Of a stretch of 64,000 nt of DNA, positions 1 to 8,522 are shown piece by piece. Below the pieces are notes generated by a model. That model was not told the origin of the DNA. It worked only from the letters and a program-made list of their open reading frames with translations, and ran no database searches. Each line of letters starts with the position of its first letter. The first letter of the stretch is position 1. Source of the stretch: a virus; IMG/VR virus record IMGVR_UViG_3300025158_000005; one strand, given 5' to 3'. The position numbers and the translations under genes were made by a program.

Positions 1-228
1 ATGGCACATAAATGGTGCCAAAATGAAGCACGCGGTGCTCTTGAAGCTGGCAAGACAGTTGCCGTATCCAACACGTTCACCAAGCGGTGGGAACGTACTG
101 AGTATTACAAAATGGCAGCGGAATTCGGTGTTGATGTTATTCTGATTCATTGTACGGGCGAATTCGAGAACGTACATGGTGTTCCTGCTGAAAAGGTTCA
201 ACAAATGCGCGATCGTTGGGAAGATTGA
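1..228 (+). CDS. P-loop kinase (AAA_33/polynucleotide-kinase-like), C-terminal part; probably truncated by the window edge
   Basis: AHKWCQ...VAVSNTF...WE...Y...HGVP..KVQQMRDRWE motifs typical of phage AAA_33 kinases; Walker A is not in the window. Confidence 0.75.
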   Translation: MAHKWCQNEARGALEAGKTVAVSNTFTKRWERTEYYKMAAEFGVDVILIHCTGEFENVHGVPAEKVQQMRDRWED

Positions 229-257
229 TTGACAATAATTCGGCACTCATGTATGAT
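229..257 (+). promoter_or_regulatory. sigma70-type early promoter (TTGACA-17-TATGAT)
   Basis: Near-consensus hexamers with 17-nt spacer; member of the TTGRCAATAA promoter family. Confidence 0.8.
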
Positions 258-846
258 GTAGTCATAGTCACTTAGGAGCAGAAAAAGGCGAGTCCCTCTC
301 GATTTACAAAGCCATGCTCGCCGCTGCGCCGCGATCGGGATCGGGGTCGGGGTCGCGGTCTAGCTAGTAGATGGGGTGAAGTGAACGAAATGAGAGCCTG
401 GGCAGACTAACCGTTTAAGTGGCTAGGAGACATCGAGGGTTAAGAAGCGTCTGCTAGAGAAATCCAAGGGGTGTCTTACGATGATAACAAATAATGCTGA
501 TCAGTGGTTAACTGCTGTACTGATGGGAAGACAATTGTTGAACGAGATGGTTGGTCTTAAATTGGTTGTTGATATCGTACCGAAAAGAGACTCAACATGA
601 AACTATGTAAGGATTGTAAACATATTGAAGTTCATCATTAACCGAATGCTCCTATTAGATATGAATATGCGGGTTGCATGATTGGTAATATAAACCCAGT
701 TGACGGACGCCACAGGTGCTTTGTAGTTTTGAATGAAAATATGGAAGCGAGTGCGGTCCAGCAGGCAACATGTTTGAACTTGATGATCGAATACTTGAAC
801 TGAAAGCTGATAAAAAAGATAAACGTTTTTTAAGGTGGTTTTGTAA

Positions 847-1053
847 ATGATACGATTGTACATGTACGAATATGATGCCGGTCTTGGTCCTGATATTACA
901 AACAACTTGACTGGGCGATGGAAAATAATGCGCGACGAAAACAAGTGCGCGGTGTATGTTGAAGTAAGATTTTCTATATTTCGCAGAAAGTGGTTAAGCG
1001 AGAGAGAAGTTTACGAACGAAACGTATACATTAATAAGTGCGGAAGAAAATGA
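847..1053 (+). CDS. hypothetical protein
   Basis: ORF whose stop overlaps the next start (ATGA); weak similarity to 9945..10139. Confidence 0.5.
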   Translation: MIRLYMYEYDAGLGPDITNNLTGRWKIMRDENKCAVYVEVRFSIFRRKWLSEREVYERNVYINKCGRK

Positions 1054-1823
1054 GAACAAGTTATTGGTCGCATAGTAGACTTGCTTTATACCTGAAAAGA
1101 CGAGCAGGATTTTCCATTCCAACAGCATTGTCATGGAAAGACTGGGACTTGCACGACGAACAATGTAAGCAGAAATCGCCGTTCATCTTTTGGTTGACAG
1201 ATGAATTTTTCAATGACATTCAAAGTTTCGTTTATTGGCCATATGATAAGATTAGAAATCTTACCTATTACTTCAAAAATAGATTCGTAACGAAAAGTCA
1301 TATGGTCGTCACAACACTGAAACCGGGGAAATGGCATGAATCTGACGATTTAATGTTGCATTCCATGATGGCGATTATGAATGATTTTGTTCGAAATCAG
1401 AAAGCATGGATGCGGTATATCTGGCATAATAGTGAGAAATTTGATCTTCCTTTTTGGAAAACAAAGTGGCCATTTCGACATTTCTGTGAATTTGATAATG
1501 AAAAACTTGGATTGGAGTATCTTCGCTGGGAAAAGACGCTGACATATGATAACGTATTTGACGGTGTTGATCTTGCTGGAAAGCCGACGGGTCAACCGTC
1601 GGGTCAAGCGATTGCCGCGAAGGAGCTATATACAATCTATCATTGGTGGAATTACGTTCGCCCGGATCGTACCGACGTTTATGGTGAAGATTTGGAGGAA
1701 ATCAAGACAAAGTACGGTAAAGATTACGCAAAACGAATCTTCGAAATCGAAGCAGAATTTGATGCAGAGGATGAAGAAATGATGGTTCGACTTATTAAGA
1801 TTCGTGGGCATCTATGGACATGA
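1050..1823 (+). CDS. conserved phage hypothetical protein (Trp-rich)
   Basis: 257-aa ORF from ATG 1050; C-terminal LY..YHWW...RP.R and EDEEMMVRLIKIRGHLWT motifs. Confidence 0.75.
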   Translation: MRTSYWSHSRLALYLKRRAGFSIPTALSWKDWDLHDEQCKQKSPFIFWLTDEFFNDIQSFVYWPYDKIRNLTYYFKNRFVTKSHMVVTTLKPGKWHESDDLMLHSMMAIMNDFVRNQKAWMRYIWHNSEKFDLPFWKTKWPFRHFCEFDNEKLGLEYLRWEKTLTYDNVFDGVDLAGKPTGQPSGQAIAAKELYTIYHWWNYVRPDRTDVYGEDLEEIKTKYGKDYAKRIFEIEAEFDAEDEEMMVRLIKIRGHLWT

Positions 1824-1992
1824 AATATTTGTATATGTTTTCTGGTAGAACAACATATTCCGATAAAGTTCGAGGTATTGATATCGGTGACGATGATATG
1901 CAAGCAATTATATCAAGTAAATCTGACGATCCTCGAAAACGATGTACTCTGGATGAAGCAGTTTTTATGAGTATGAGATTATTGAATGAAGA

Positions 1993-2184
1993 TTGGCAAA
2001 CAAAATGAACTATGACGAGTACCGAAAAGACTATAAGACGTTCCTAGCGGTTCAGACTGGAATTCTGATGCACGAGCAGACAAAGGACGTTGATAAAGTG
2101 AAGGATTTTTGGAAGCAATATAATGTTCCAGAGGATGTGGCCATCAGGGTTTTGACTTCCCCCAACAAAAGACGTTGGCAATAA
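1993..2184 (+). CDS. small hypothetical protein
   Basis: ORF in operon context. Confidence 0.5.
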   Translation: MANKMNYDEYRKDYKTFLAVQTGILMHEQTKDVDKVKDFWKQYNVPEDVAIRVLTSPNKRRWQ

Positions 2185-2203
2185 ATCAACGTGTCTGTAT
2201 GAT
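2175..2203 (+). promoter_or_regulatory. sigma70-type early promoter (TTGGCA-17-TATGAT)
   Basis: Same family as 229; shares ATAA after the -35 box and GTA after the -10 box. Confidence 0.7.
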
Positions 2204-2233
2204 GTAGCCATATTGAGGTTAGGAGATTTTATT

Positions 2234-2779
2234 ATGAACATCTGGTTTACAAGTGACAATCATCATTATCATAAGAACATTTTGAAGTTCTGCCCTAGAA
2301 CCCGCAAGGGTAAGGATCATATCGAAATGACCGAACTGATGATTGCAAAGTGGAACGAACAAGTTTCACTGGGCGACACAGTTTACTGTCTGGGCGACTT
2401 CTCGTTTACCACGTCAGAAAAGACGAGTGAAATTCTGCGGCGACTGAACGGTGCCATTTATCTGATCAAGGGTAACCACGACAACTGGCTAAATGCGGAA
2501 ACCGCAAAACGATTTGAGCGTGTATCTGATTACATGGAACATAAGATCGATGGCGTTGATGTTTGTCTTTTCCATTACCCGATTATGGAATGGAACAAGA
2601 TGCATCGAGACAGTTTCATGCTTTATGGTCACGTCCATGGTAAGGATATGGGTATCATAGGCAAAGCCATGGACGTTGGTATCGATGCTCGTCCGCAGAG
2701 GGATATGGGGCTTTTTTCTTGGGATGAAGTTCGCAAATACATGAAGAATCGTCCTATCATGACACATCACGGAGACTAA
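2234..2779 (+). CDS. calcineurin-like metallophosphoesterase
   Basis: FTSDNH, LGDF, KGNHD, FHYP and GHVH motifs; RBS AGGAG upstream of ATG 2234. Confidence 0.92.
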   Translation: MNIWFTSDNHHYHKNILKFCPRTRKGKDHIEMTELMIAKWNEQVSLGDTVYCLGDFSFTTSEKTSEILRRLNGAIYLIKGNHDNWLNAETAKRFERVSDYMEHKIDGVDVCLFHYPIMEWNKMHRDSFMLYGHVHGKDMGIIGKAMDVGIDARPQRDMGLFSWDEVRKYMKNRPIMTHHGD

Positions 2780-3004
2780 AATGAGTATTTCGGTTGAAAT
2801 TGTTGGAATTTCTGAAAAAATACGAAGAAATAAAGAATAACGATAAAGATATAATTGCCTCGTATGTTGTGAAAATCATATCTGGTACTGATGAAGTGAG
2901 AATTACACATATGCTTGATTCTGCATATGTTTTATCGTTGAGTAAGTTATTGGCTTCTGCTTCGGTTGAAGTAAATCATTTAAATCTTATTATTGATGAA
3001 CGAA

Positions 3005-3281
3005 ATGATCAAAACAATTAAAGGTGACGTTTTCGCAAATCTTGATCCTGAAAGGGACACTGTCATTGCTCACGGTTGTAATACGGAAGGTGTCATGGGT
3101 GCTGGTATTGCTCTATATATATATATATATCAAGACCAAATATCCAAAGGCATACGAGGATTATAAACGACATCATACGTTGTATGGGCTGAATCTGTGC
3201 GGAGGGGATCCAGAAGTTCTCATGGAAATTTTTGAATTTGCTTTCCGTGTTGTTGACGCATCACTTTATATAAAGGATTAA
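3005..3281 (+). pseudogene. macro-domain (ADP-ribose processing, T4 Tk.4-like) pseudogene
   Basis: MIKTIKGDVF...IAHGCNTEGVMGAGIAL in one frame and YIKTKYPKAYEDY in another; the break is at a (TA)n tract; C-terminal half looks internally deleted. Confidence 0.8.
3114..3130. repeat. (TA)8T microsatellite
   Basis: Directly visible. Confidence 0.95.
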
Positions 3282-3283
3282 AT

Positions 3284-3628
3284 ATGAAAAAGTTTATTGT
3301 TGCTGGTATTTTGTTGTCGCTGATCGGTTGTATGAAGACATCCTCAGCGGATGAATATCATCGATATTATAACTCAGAGCATCGAGTCTATGATACGTAC
3401 CATCGTAATTTCATTACTCATATGAAATATGTTCGTCATAATGATCATTGTCGTGACGGATACCGAATGAACAATCTTGCAGGTATTGCTGCTGGTATGA
3501 TTATCATCGGGGTGACTGCGGATATTATTCGTCGTGAACCGAAACCTCGTGTTATCTACGTTGAACCTCCACAAGAACAACCAAACGTCACAATCAACAA
3601 CAACAACTACTACTACTACGGCGAATAA
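3284..3628 (+). CDS. secreted/membrane hypothetical protein
   Basis: Signal-peptide-like N-terminus MKKFIVAGILLSLIGC and an internal hydrophobic segment. Confidence 0.65.
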   Translation: MKKFIVAGILLSLIGCMKTSSADEYHRYYNSEHRVYDTYHRNFITHMKYVRHNDHCRDGYRMNNLAGIAAGMIIIGVTADIIRREPKPRVIYVEPPQEQPNVTINNNNYYYYGE

Positions 3629-3630
3629 AG

Positions 3631-3819
3631 ATGCCTCTGTATGCTTATAAATGCCCCGCTTGTGGAAATGAAGTCGATATGATGATTCGCTCGGAAGACG
3701 CGAGTAAGACTGTTCCAGTTTGTTCTAAGTGTGGTACGGTGTTACATAAACAATTTTCAGCGCCGTCTTTTGCATTCAAGGGGTCTGGCTTTTATGCTAC
3801 GGAATACAAAGGAAAATAA
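3631..3819 (+). CDS. FmdB-family zinc-ribbon protein
   Basis: MPLYAYKCPACG...CSKCG...FKGSGFYATEY. Confidence 0.9.
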   Translation: MPLYAYKCPACGNEVDMMIRSEDASKTVPVCSKCGTVLHKQFSAPSFAFKGSGFYATEYKGK

Positions 3820-3984
3820 TGACACCTCTACTTTTTCTTTGGAGTTGCTTTCTTTTTGTTTTTGGTGGCAGTATTTTATTAGCAGGTCTAGAAGTTCATG
3901 ATGGTAAGCAGAATTGGGTTTCTTGCTTGGGAATCTTTTAATGAGTCTTCCCATGATCAAACTTATTTTGTGGTACATCGTACA

Positions 3985-4248
3985 ATGAGCATACCCGATC
4001 TGATCAATGGCTCGTTTGAACTGTTAGGTGGTGCATTTATTCTTGATCATTGCCGGCATGTTCTTAAAGATAAAGCGGTTGCTGGTGTGAGTATCGTAAG
4101 CACTATATTCTTCACTGGCTGGGGAATCTGGAACTTATATTTTTACCCGCATCTGGGGCAATGGATTAGTTTCGTTGGCGGCTTGTTTATCATGACTTCA
4201 AACATTTTTTGGATTTATCTACTACTAAAATATAGGAAAGCAACATGA
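3985..4248 (+). CDS. small three-helix membrane protein, PQ-loop/SemiSWEET-like
   Basis: DLINGSFE...KDKAVAGVS...WGIWNLYFY; three hydrophobic helices. Confidence 0.55.
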   Translation: MSIPDLINGSFELLGGAFILDHCRHVLKDKAVAGVSIVSTIFFTGWGIWNLYFYPHLGQWISFVGGLFIMTSNIFWIYLLLKYRKAT

Positions 4249-4785
4249 AAGATGAATTGCGCGTATGGGTTTCGTACCTCTGTATGAATATGACCCTCCA
4301 TTGAAGTCGTATAAGATTGTGTTCGATAATCAAGAGGATAAAGATACGTGCATCAGCGAAGAAGCTTAATTTTGTCGAAAGGAAACGATAAAATATCGTC
4401 GGGCTTGGTCTAAATCTGAACGTAAAGAAGCATTCGCCGACATGTATCATCGTCAATTTGCGGTCATAGTGCAATGGAAGTCTCGTAAAACAAACGTAGA
4501 GAAGGAACTAGCATGATTTGGAAGCCGTTAACCCTTATTATGTGGATCATGGGTATAGTGTATGCTCAAGGATTCTTGAGTACGCTGTTCGCATTTCTAT
4601 TCCCTCTGTGGGCATGGTACTTGACGATTGAGCATGTAATGAAACTTTGGGGTCTGCTATGAAGATGCGTTTGGTTATGTGGATTGGAGCGGTTGTTCTT
4701 TTTGGACTGACAGCATGGGCTCAATGTGTACTATTCGCAGTCGGTGGTGTTGTTCTTGGCGTAGGATCTTTTTTGATGAAAGGCG

Positions 4786-4814
4786 TTGACAATAAATATA
4801 CCTTCATGTAACAT
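4786..4814 (+). promoter_or_regulatory. sigma70-type early promoter (TTGACA-17-TAACAT)
   Basis: Member of the TTGACAATAAAT family. Confidence 0.75.
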
Positions 4815-4845
4815 GTAATCATCGTAAAACGAAAGACAACACAAA

Positions 4846-5277
4846 ATGGCAACTCGCTCAACAGTGGCATTCGAATGCGGAGATGGCTCAATCGAACAGA
4901 TTTACGTTCACTGGGATGGTTACATTTCTTGGAATGGTAAGATTTTGTTCAATCATTATCAAGACCCGAAAAAGATTCGTGATCTGATTTCATGCGGCGC
5001 CTGCTCTGTCTTGGCAGAGGAAATTGGGCGTAAGCACGAGTTTGATAAGTCTCATGATGGTATCTGCAAGTTTTATCATCGTGACCGCGGGGATGAATTG
5101 CAAGTGCATCGTCATCCGTCTTTCGAACACTATCAAAATCATGGCAACTTCGAAGAATACGACTACATTTATCGAAAAGGCGAATGGTTGGTTAGCGCAG
5201 ATTCTGCCAAAACTTTCGCGCGTCTGGAAGATGCTTTGAAACTCGAACAAGAAGAAAACGTTTTCCCTTATCTCTGA
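4846..5277 (+). CDS. conserved phage early protein (TRS...IYxHWDGY family)
   Basis: MATRS...IYVHWDGY...G..L..HY...EEYDY motifs. Confidence 0.8.
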   Translation: MATRSTVAFECGDGSIEQIYVHWDGYISWNGKILFNHYQDPKKIRDLISCGACSVLAEEIGRKHEFDKSHDGICKFYHRDRGDELQVHRHPSFEHYQNHGNFEEYDYIYRKGEWLVSADSAKTFARLEDALKLEQEENVFPYL

Positions 5278-5508
5278 ACAAAGGAATTTTATATTACGGA
5301 TCTCTTGACTAAATTCTCTCTCTTACCGTATTGATCATGCTCGTAATTGGGCTGATGGTTTCTCTGCCTGTGATGCGGCTTTGGAACTTCTGCTTGGTGC
5401 AGGCTGTTATAGGTCTTGTGACAATTGGTTGGCTGCAAGCATGGGGCATTACCGCTCTCTGTGGCATTCTGTTCAAGACCGACGTGACTGTAAAAACATC
5501 ATAAAAGT

Positions 5509-5537
5509 TTGACGAAAAATAAGTTTTACTATATAAT
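5509..5537 (+). promoter_or_regulatory. strong sigma70 promoter (TTGACG-17-TATAAT) for the ncRNA array and DUF2828 operon
   Basis: Consensus -10, 5/6 match at -35, 17-nt spacer. Confidence 0.88.
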
Positions 5538-5556
5538 AGATGTATAAGTTATAAAC

Positions 5557-5566
5557 TGCTCTTTAA
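5557..5566 (+). promoter_or_regulatory. boxA antitermination element (TGCTCTTTAA)
   Basis: Matches the first 10 nt of rrn boxA TGCTCTTTAACA; lies about 13 nt after the predicted TSS. Confidence 0.75.
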
Positions 5567-5574
5567 TGATATAT

Positions 5575-5775
5575 TAGGATAGATACAGCAACAAATTTTA
5601 AAAGACCTACTAAGATTGCCCTAACTTGTGTGAAAGGCTGACTACCGGGAAAGACGGTGACAACTTGGAAAGACACGTTAGAGCCAACGTCGAATCAGTT
5701 GGTGATGTTCAAGGAAATTACTTGATGACACTTGAAAAGACAAGTGCTAAGGGGAAAGCCATGATCTCTATCCTG
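5575..5775 (+). ncRNA. structured ncRNA unit 1 (CAGCA-stem, Y-RNA-like candidate)
   Basis: AGGATAGA (5576-83) pairs with TCTATCCT (5767-74), followed by TACAGCA; at least five internal hairpins. Confidence 0.7.
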
Positions 5776-5791
5776 TTAAAGTTGTAAAATT

Positions 5792-5896
5792 TAGGATGAC
5801 TACAGCATACACTTAAAATATCGCTAATGCCTAGAAGTTATAAGGGTCCGGCGCCGAGTATATACGGACGTGGGACCTAGGGCTTCTGTTATCCTG
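5792..5896 (+). ncRNA. structured ncRNA unit 2 (CAGCA-stem)
   Basis: AGGATGAC pairs with GTTATCCT (one G-U), followed by TACAGCA; long internal hairpin AGAAG..GGTCC...GGACC..CTTCT. Confidence 0.7.
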
Positions 5897-5913
5897 TCAA
5901 AATGAAGTAGTTT

Positions 5914-5983
5914 TAGAATGTTTGCAGCAAACACTATCTGCAAAGCGATTCCGAGGGACTTATAAATCCCCTCAAACATTCTG
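5914..5983 (+). ncRNA. structured ncRNA unit 3 (CAGCA-stem), next to the RBS
   Basis: AGAATGTT pairs with AACATTCT, followed by TGCAGCA; internal GAGGGA/TCCCCTC hairpin. Confidence 0.65.
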
Positions 5984-6003
5984 TTAATTATTGGAGTAAT
6001 ACA

Positions 6004-6492
6004 ATGAACACTTTTGCACAAGCAGTAAACGCTCCCGCAGTTACCTCAACCACCAACGGCATGAAGGCTTTTACCAACACTGGCAAGTCTATTGTCGACC
6101 TGTTTTATTCGATCGGCTCGTCACGTAATGCACAACCTAAGATTGCTGCTGAATTCTCTCGCGCATTCGCCGAGGACAAGACCCTAGCGGCTCGTACCCT
6201 ATTTTGGGCACGTGATATTCGTGGCGGCGCGGGCGAACGTTTGACGTTCCGTAATCTGATGTTACAGTTGGAAAAGACTGACGTGAACGCATGTAAGCGG
6301 CTAATTCCGTTGATCCCCGAATATGGTCGTTGGGATGATCTGTTGATCTTCACCGCGGCTGATACCAAGGAAGTTGCATATAAAATTATATCAAAAACTC
6401 TCAAAAATGGGATAAAATCCCGTCACATATTGGAAATAATTGAATCGTTGTCTGAAGATGATTGTAAAGAATTGTTGGAGCATTTTGAATAA
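6004..6492 (+). CDS. DUF2828 / Ro60-TROVE-like protein, N-terminal fragment
   Basis: TTNGM, VDLFY, WARDIRGGAGER and EYGRWDDL signatures; ends in an atypical AT-rich tail. Confidence 0.85.
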   Translation: MNTFAQAVNAPAVTSTTNGMKAFTNTGKSIVDLFYSIGSSRNAQPKIAAEFSRAFAEDKTLAARTLFWARDIRGGAGERLTFRNLMLQLEKTDVNACKRLIPLIPEYGRWDDLLIFTAADTKEVAYKIISKTLKNGIKSRHILEIIESLSEDDCKELLEHFE

Positions 6493-7232
6493 TGTCTAAC
6501 GATGTTTGCATTATCAATTTCTTTTTTGCATATCATACAGCAGCACAATAATGGTTTAACTCTACATTTACTCATCTCACCAGTAAAATGTGGGCAATTA
6601 TTAAAATGATGTTGTTTCATTGCACCGTAATTGGTTCCAATTTTGCCGCAATGTGGACAAGTAAATTCTCCAACTAACGGTTTAGGTTTTGAATATGTAT
6701 TATTCTCAATCAGTTTCATAATATTCAATTTCGCGGCATCTGATCTATTTTTGATATGTTCTTGATCTACGGCTGGATTAAATTTACAATTATCACCATG
6801 AAATCTAATATAATTTCCAGGATCAGTTTCTCGATTACAATGTGGGCACAATTTCTTTTGAGTGTGTTTTCTAGCTTGACTTATATTAAATCGTCTCTCG
6901 TCAGAACATGGTTTATGTTTAAACGGCAACATTATTTTAATCTCAAATGGAGTTAAAGATTGTCTTTTTGTAAAAAATGTCATAGCGTGTTCCATTTTGT
7001 ATTTGTCTGATCCACTGGTCATTTTAGTCAGCAACCAATGACAAACAAAATGTTCTTTAATGCTAAGATAAACAAGTTGATTATTTTTAATAATAGATTT
7101 AGGATAAATGTGATGACCTTCTACTTCTCCTAGCATTAATTTAGCATCTTTTCTTGTTTTCGCCCGGGCAATAGCTTTATCTATTATTTGAAAATACCAC
7201 TTAGTGTATTTGTTGTCTATAAAATGAATCAT
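6423..7232 (-). mobile_element. free-standing HNH homing endonuclease (Mob-like) with NUMOD3-like and CPHC zinc-ribbon modules, interrupting the DUF2828 gene
   Basis: KYTKWY..II, EGHHIYPKS, NQLVYLSIKEHFVCHWLL; repeated CPHC...H..NC; AT-rich. Confidence 0.88.
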
Positions 7233-7241
7233 TATTTGTCA

Positions 7242-7270
7242 TTGACTTAAATTATTAATTGATATATTAT
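7242..7270 (+). promoter_or_regulatory. sigma70 promoter (TTGACT-17-TATTAT) for the downstream DUF2828 fragment
   Basis: Located in the 67-nt gap between the divergent starts at 7232 and 7300. Confidence 0.6.
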
Positions 7271-7299
7271 ATATAAATGGATACCTTGAAAGGGTTAAA

Positions 7300-8331
7300 A
7301 TGTCTTACAAAACACAATTAGAATCAATCTGTCGTCAAAATTTGTCTAGCGCGCAGTTGTGCGCTAAGTGGCAAGATCGTAAAGGGCTGGCAGCAGTCGA
7401 ATTGCGTAAGTTCATGAAGATGACGCCAAAGCAGTATCGCAAGACTTTGGTTTCAATGACTAACGTCGTTGAACAGTCAATGTGTGCCCAAGAATGGGAT
7501 AAGATCGAATTTGACAAGTTGCCTTCTGTTGCGTCAAAGATTTACATGAAGGCATTCACCAAGAATGCGACCGCGCAATATATGAAGTACAAGGAAGCCT
7601 TGACGAAGGGCGAAGCGAAGATCAATGCATCGGCGATCTTCCCGTACCAAGTTATTCAAGGTATGCGCCGTGGTGACGCAACCGTTGGTATGGCGCAATG
7701 GGGCGCACTGCCTAACTATTTGGGCGATGATAAGATTCTGACTATGGTAGACGTGTCGGGGTCAATGAACTGCCCTGCTGGCAGCAACGTGAGTTGTATG
7801 GATATTGCAGTGTCTCTTGGTCTGTATATTGCAGATAAGCAACAAGGCGCATTCAACGGCATGTTCTTGACGTTCTCGGAGAAGCCTCAATTGGTGCAGT
7901 TGACCGGTAACATTCAACAAAAGATGTCGCAAATGCAACGCTCCGACTGGGGTATGAACACCAACATCACCGCGGCATTCGATGAAGTATTGGAGGTGGC
8001 AACTCGTAACAAGGTTGAAGTATCTGAAATGCCCAAGTTCATCTTGATCATGTCAGATATGCAGTTTGATAGATGCTCCAACATGTCTGGGCTGGAAATG
8101 ATTCGTACAAAGTATGAAGCGGCAGGGTACGAAGTTCCGAAGATTGTTTTCTGGAACTTGAATGCAATACACGCAAACGCGCCGACGACGGTCCGTACAG
8201 ATGGTGTTGCATTGATTTCAGGATTCTCGCCTGCAATCATGAAGTCCGTGTTGAAAGCAGAAAACTTTGATCCATTGTCGATTGTTATGCAAACGATTAA
8301 CGGTCCTCGTTATCAGATGATTGAACTGTAA
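7300..8331 (+). CDS. DUF2828 / Ro60-like protein, C-terminal fragment with vWA (MIDAS) domain
   Basis: LCAKW, YRKTL, VEQSMCA..W..IEFDKLPS, DVSGSM, MNTN, SDMQFD, VFWNL, ISGFSP. Confidence 0.9.
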   Translation: MSYKTQLESICRQNLSSAQLCAKWQDRKGLAAVELRKFMKMTPKQYRKTLVSMTNVVEQSMCAQEWDKIEFDKLPSVASKIYMKAFTKNATAQYMKYKEALTKGEAKINASAIFPYQVIQGMRRGDATVGMAQWGALPNYLGDDKILTMVDVSGSMNCPAGSNVSCMDIAVSLGLYIADKQQGAFNGMFLTFSEKPQLVQLTGNIQQKMSQMQRSDWGMNTNITAAFDEVLEVATRNKVEVSEMPKFILIMSDMQFDRCSNMSGLEMIRTKYEAAGYEVPKIVFWNLNAIHANAPTTVRTDGVALISGFSPAIMKSVLKAENFDPLSIVMQTINGPRYQMIEL

Positions 8332-8335
8332 TTTA

Positions 8336-8364
8336 TTGACAATAAATGCCACGTATGCGACAAT
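8336..8364 (+). promoter_or_regulatory. sigma70-type early promoter (TTGACA-17-GACAAT)
   Basis: TTGACAATAAAT family; the -10 box is flanked by an inverted repeat CACGTATGC/GTATACGTG. Confidence 0.65.
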
Positions 8365-8522
8365 GTATACGTGTCGTTTTTACATCATGAAGAATGAAAT
8401 GAATTGTCAAGAAAAACCAAAGAACACACTCTGTCCGAATCAGGGGCACACTAATTGATCCTCCTGTTTCAGCAACGAGACAAAAGGATTTCTATGACAA
8501 TCAACCCAGCGGAGAAATCTAA

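Noticed and set aside
400-456. Possible small RNA (GCAGAC...GTCTGC stem)
   Set aside because: A single 6-bp stem in a region of gene scraps, with no other support.
5575-5983. CRISPR array or tRNA cluster
   Set aside because: Repeats are short with covarying stems and 70-200-nt structured interiors; no cas genes, cloverleaf or CCA end.
6378-7356. Group I intron or split intein in the DUF2828 gene
   Set aside because: The HNH ORF is antisense and fills almost the whole insert, leaving no room for a ribozyme core. There are no intein N-terminal or HN-C/S/T motifs, and the downstream half has its own promoter and start.
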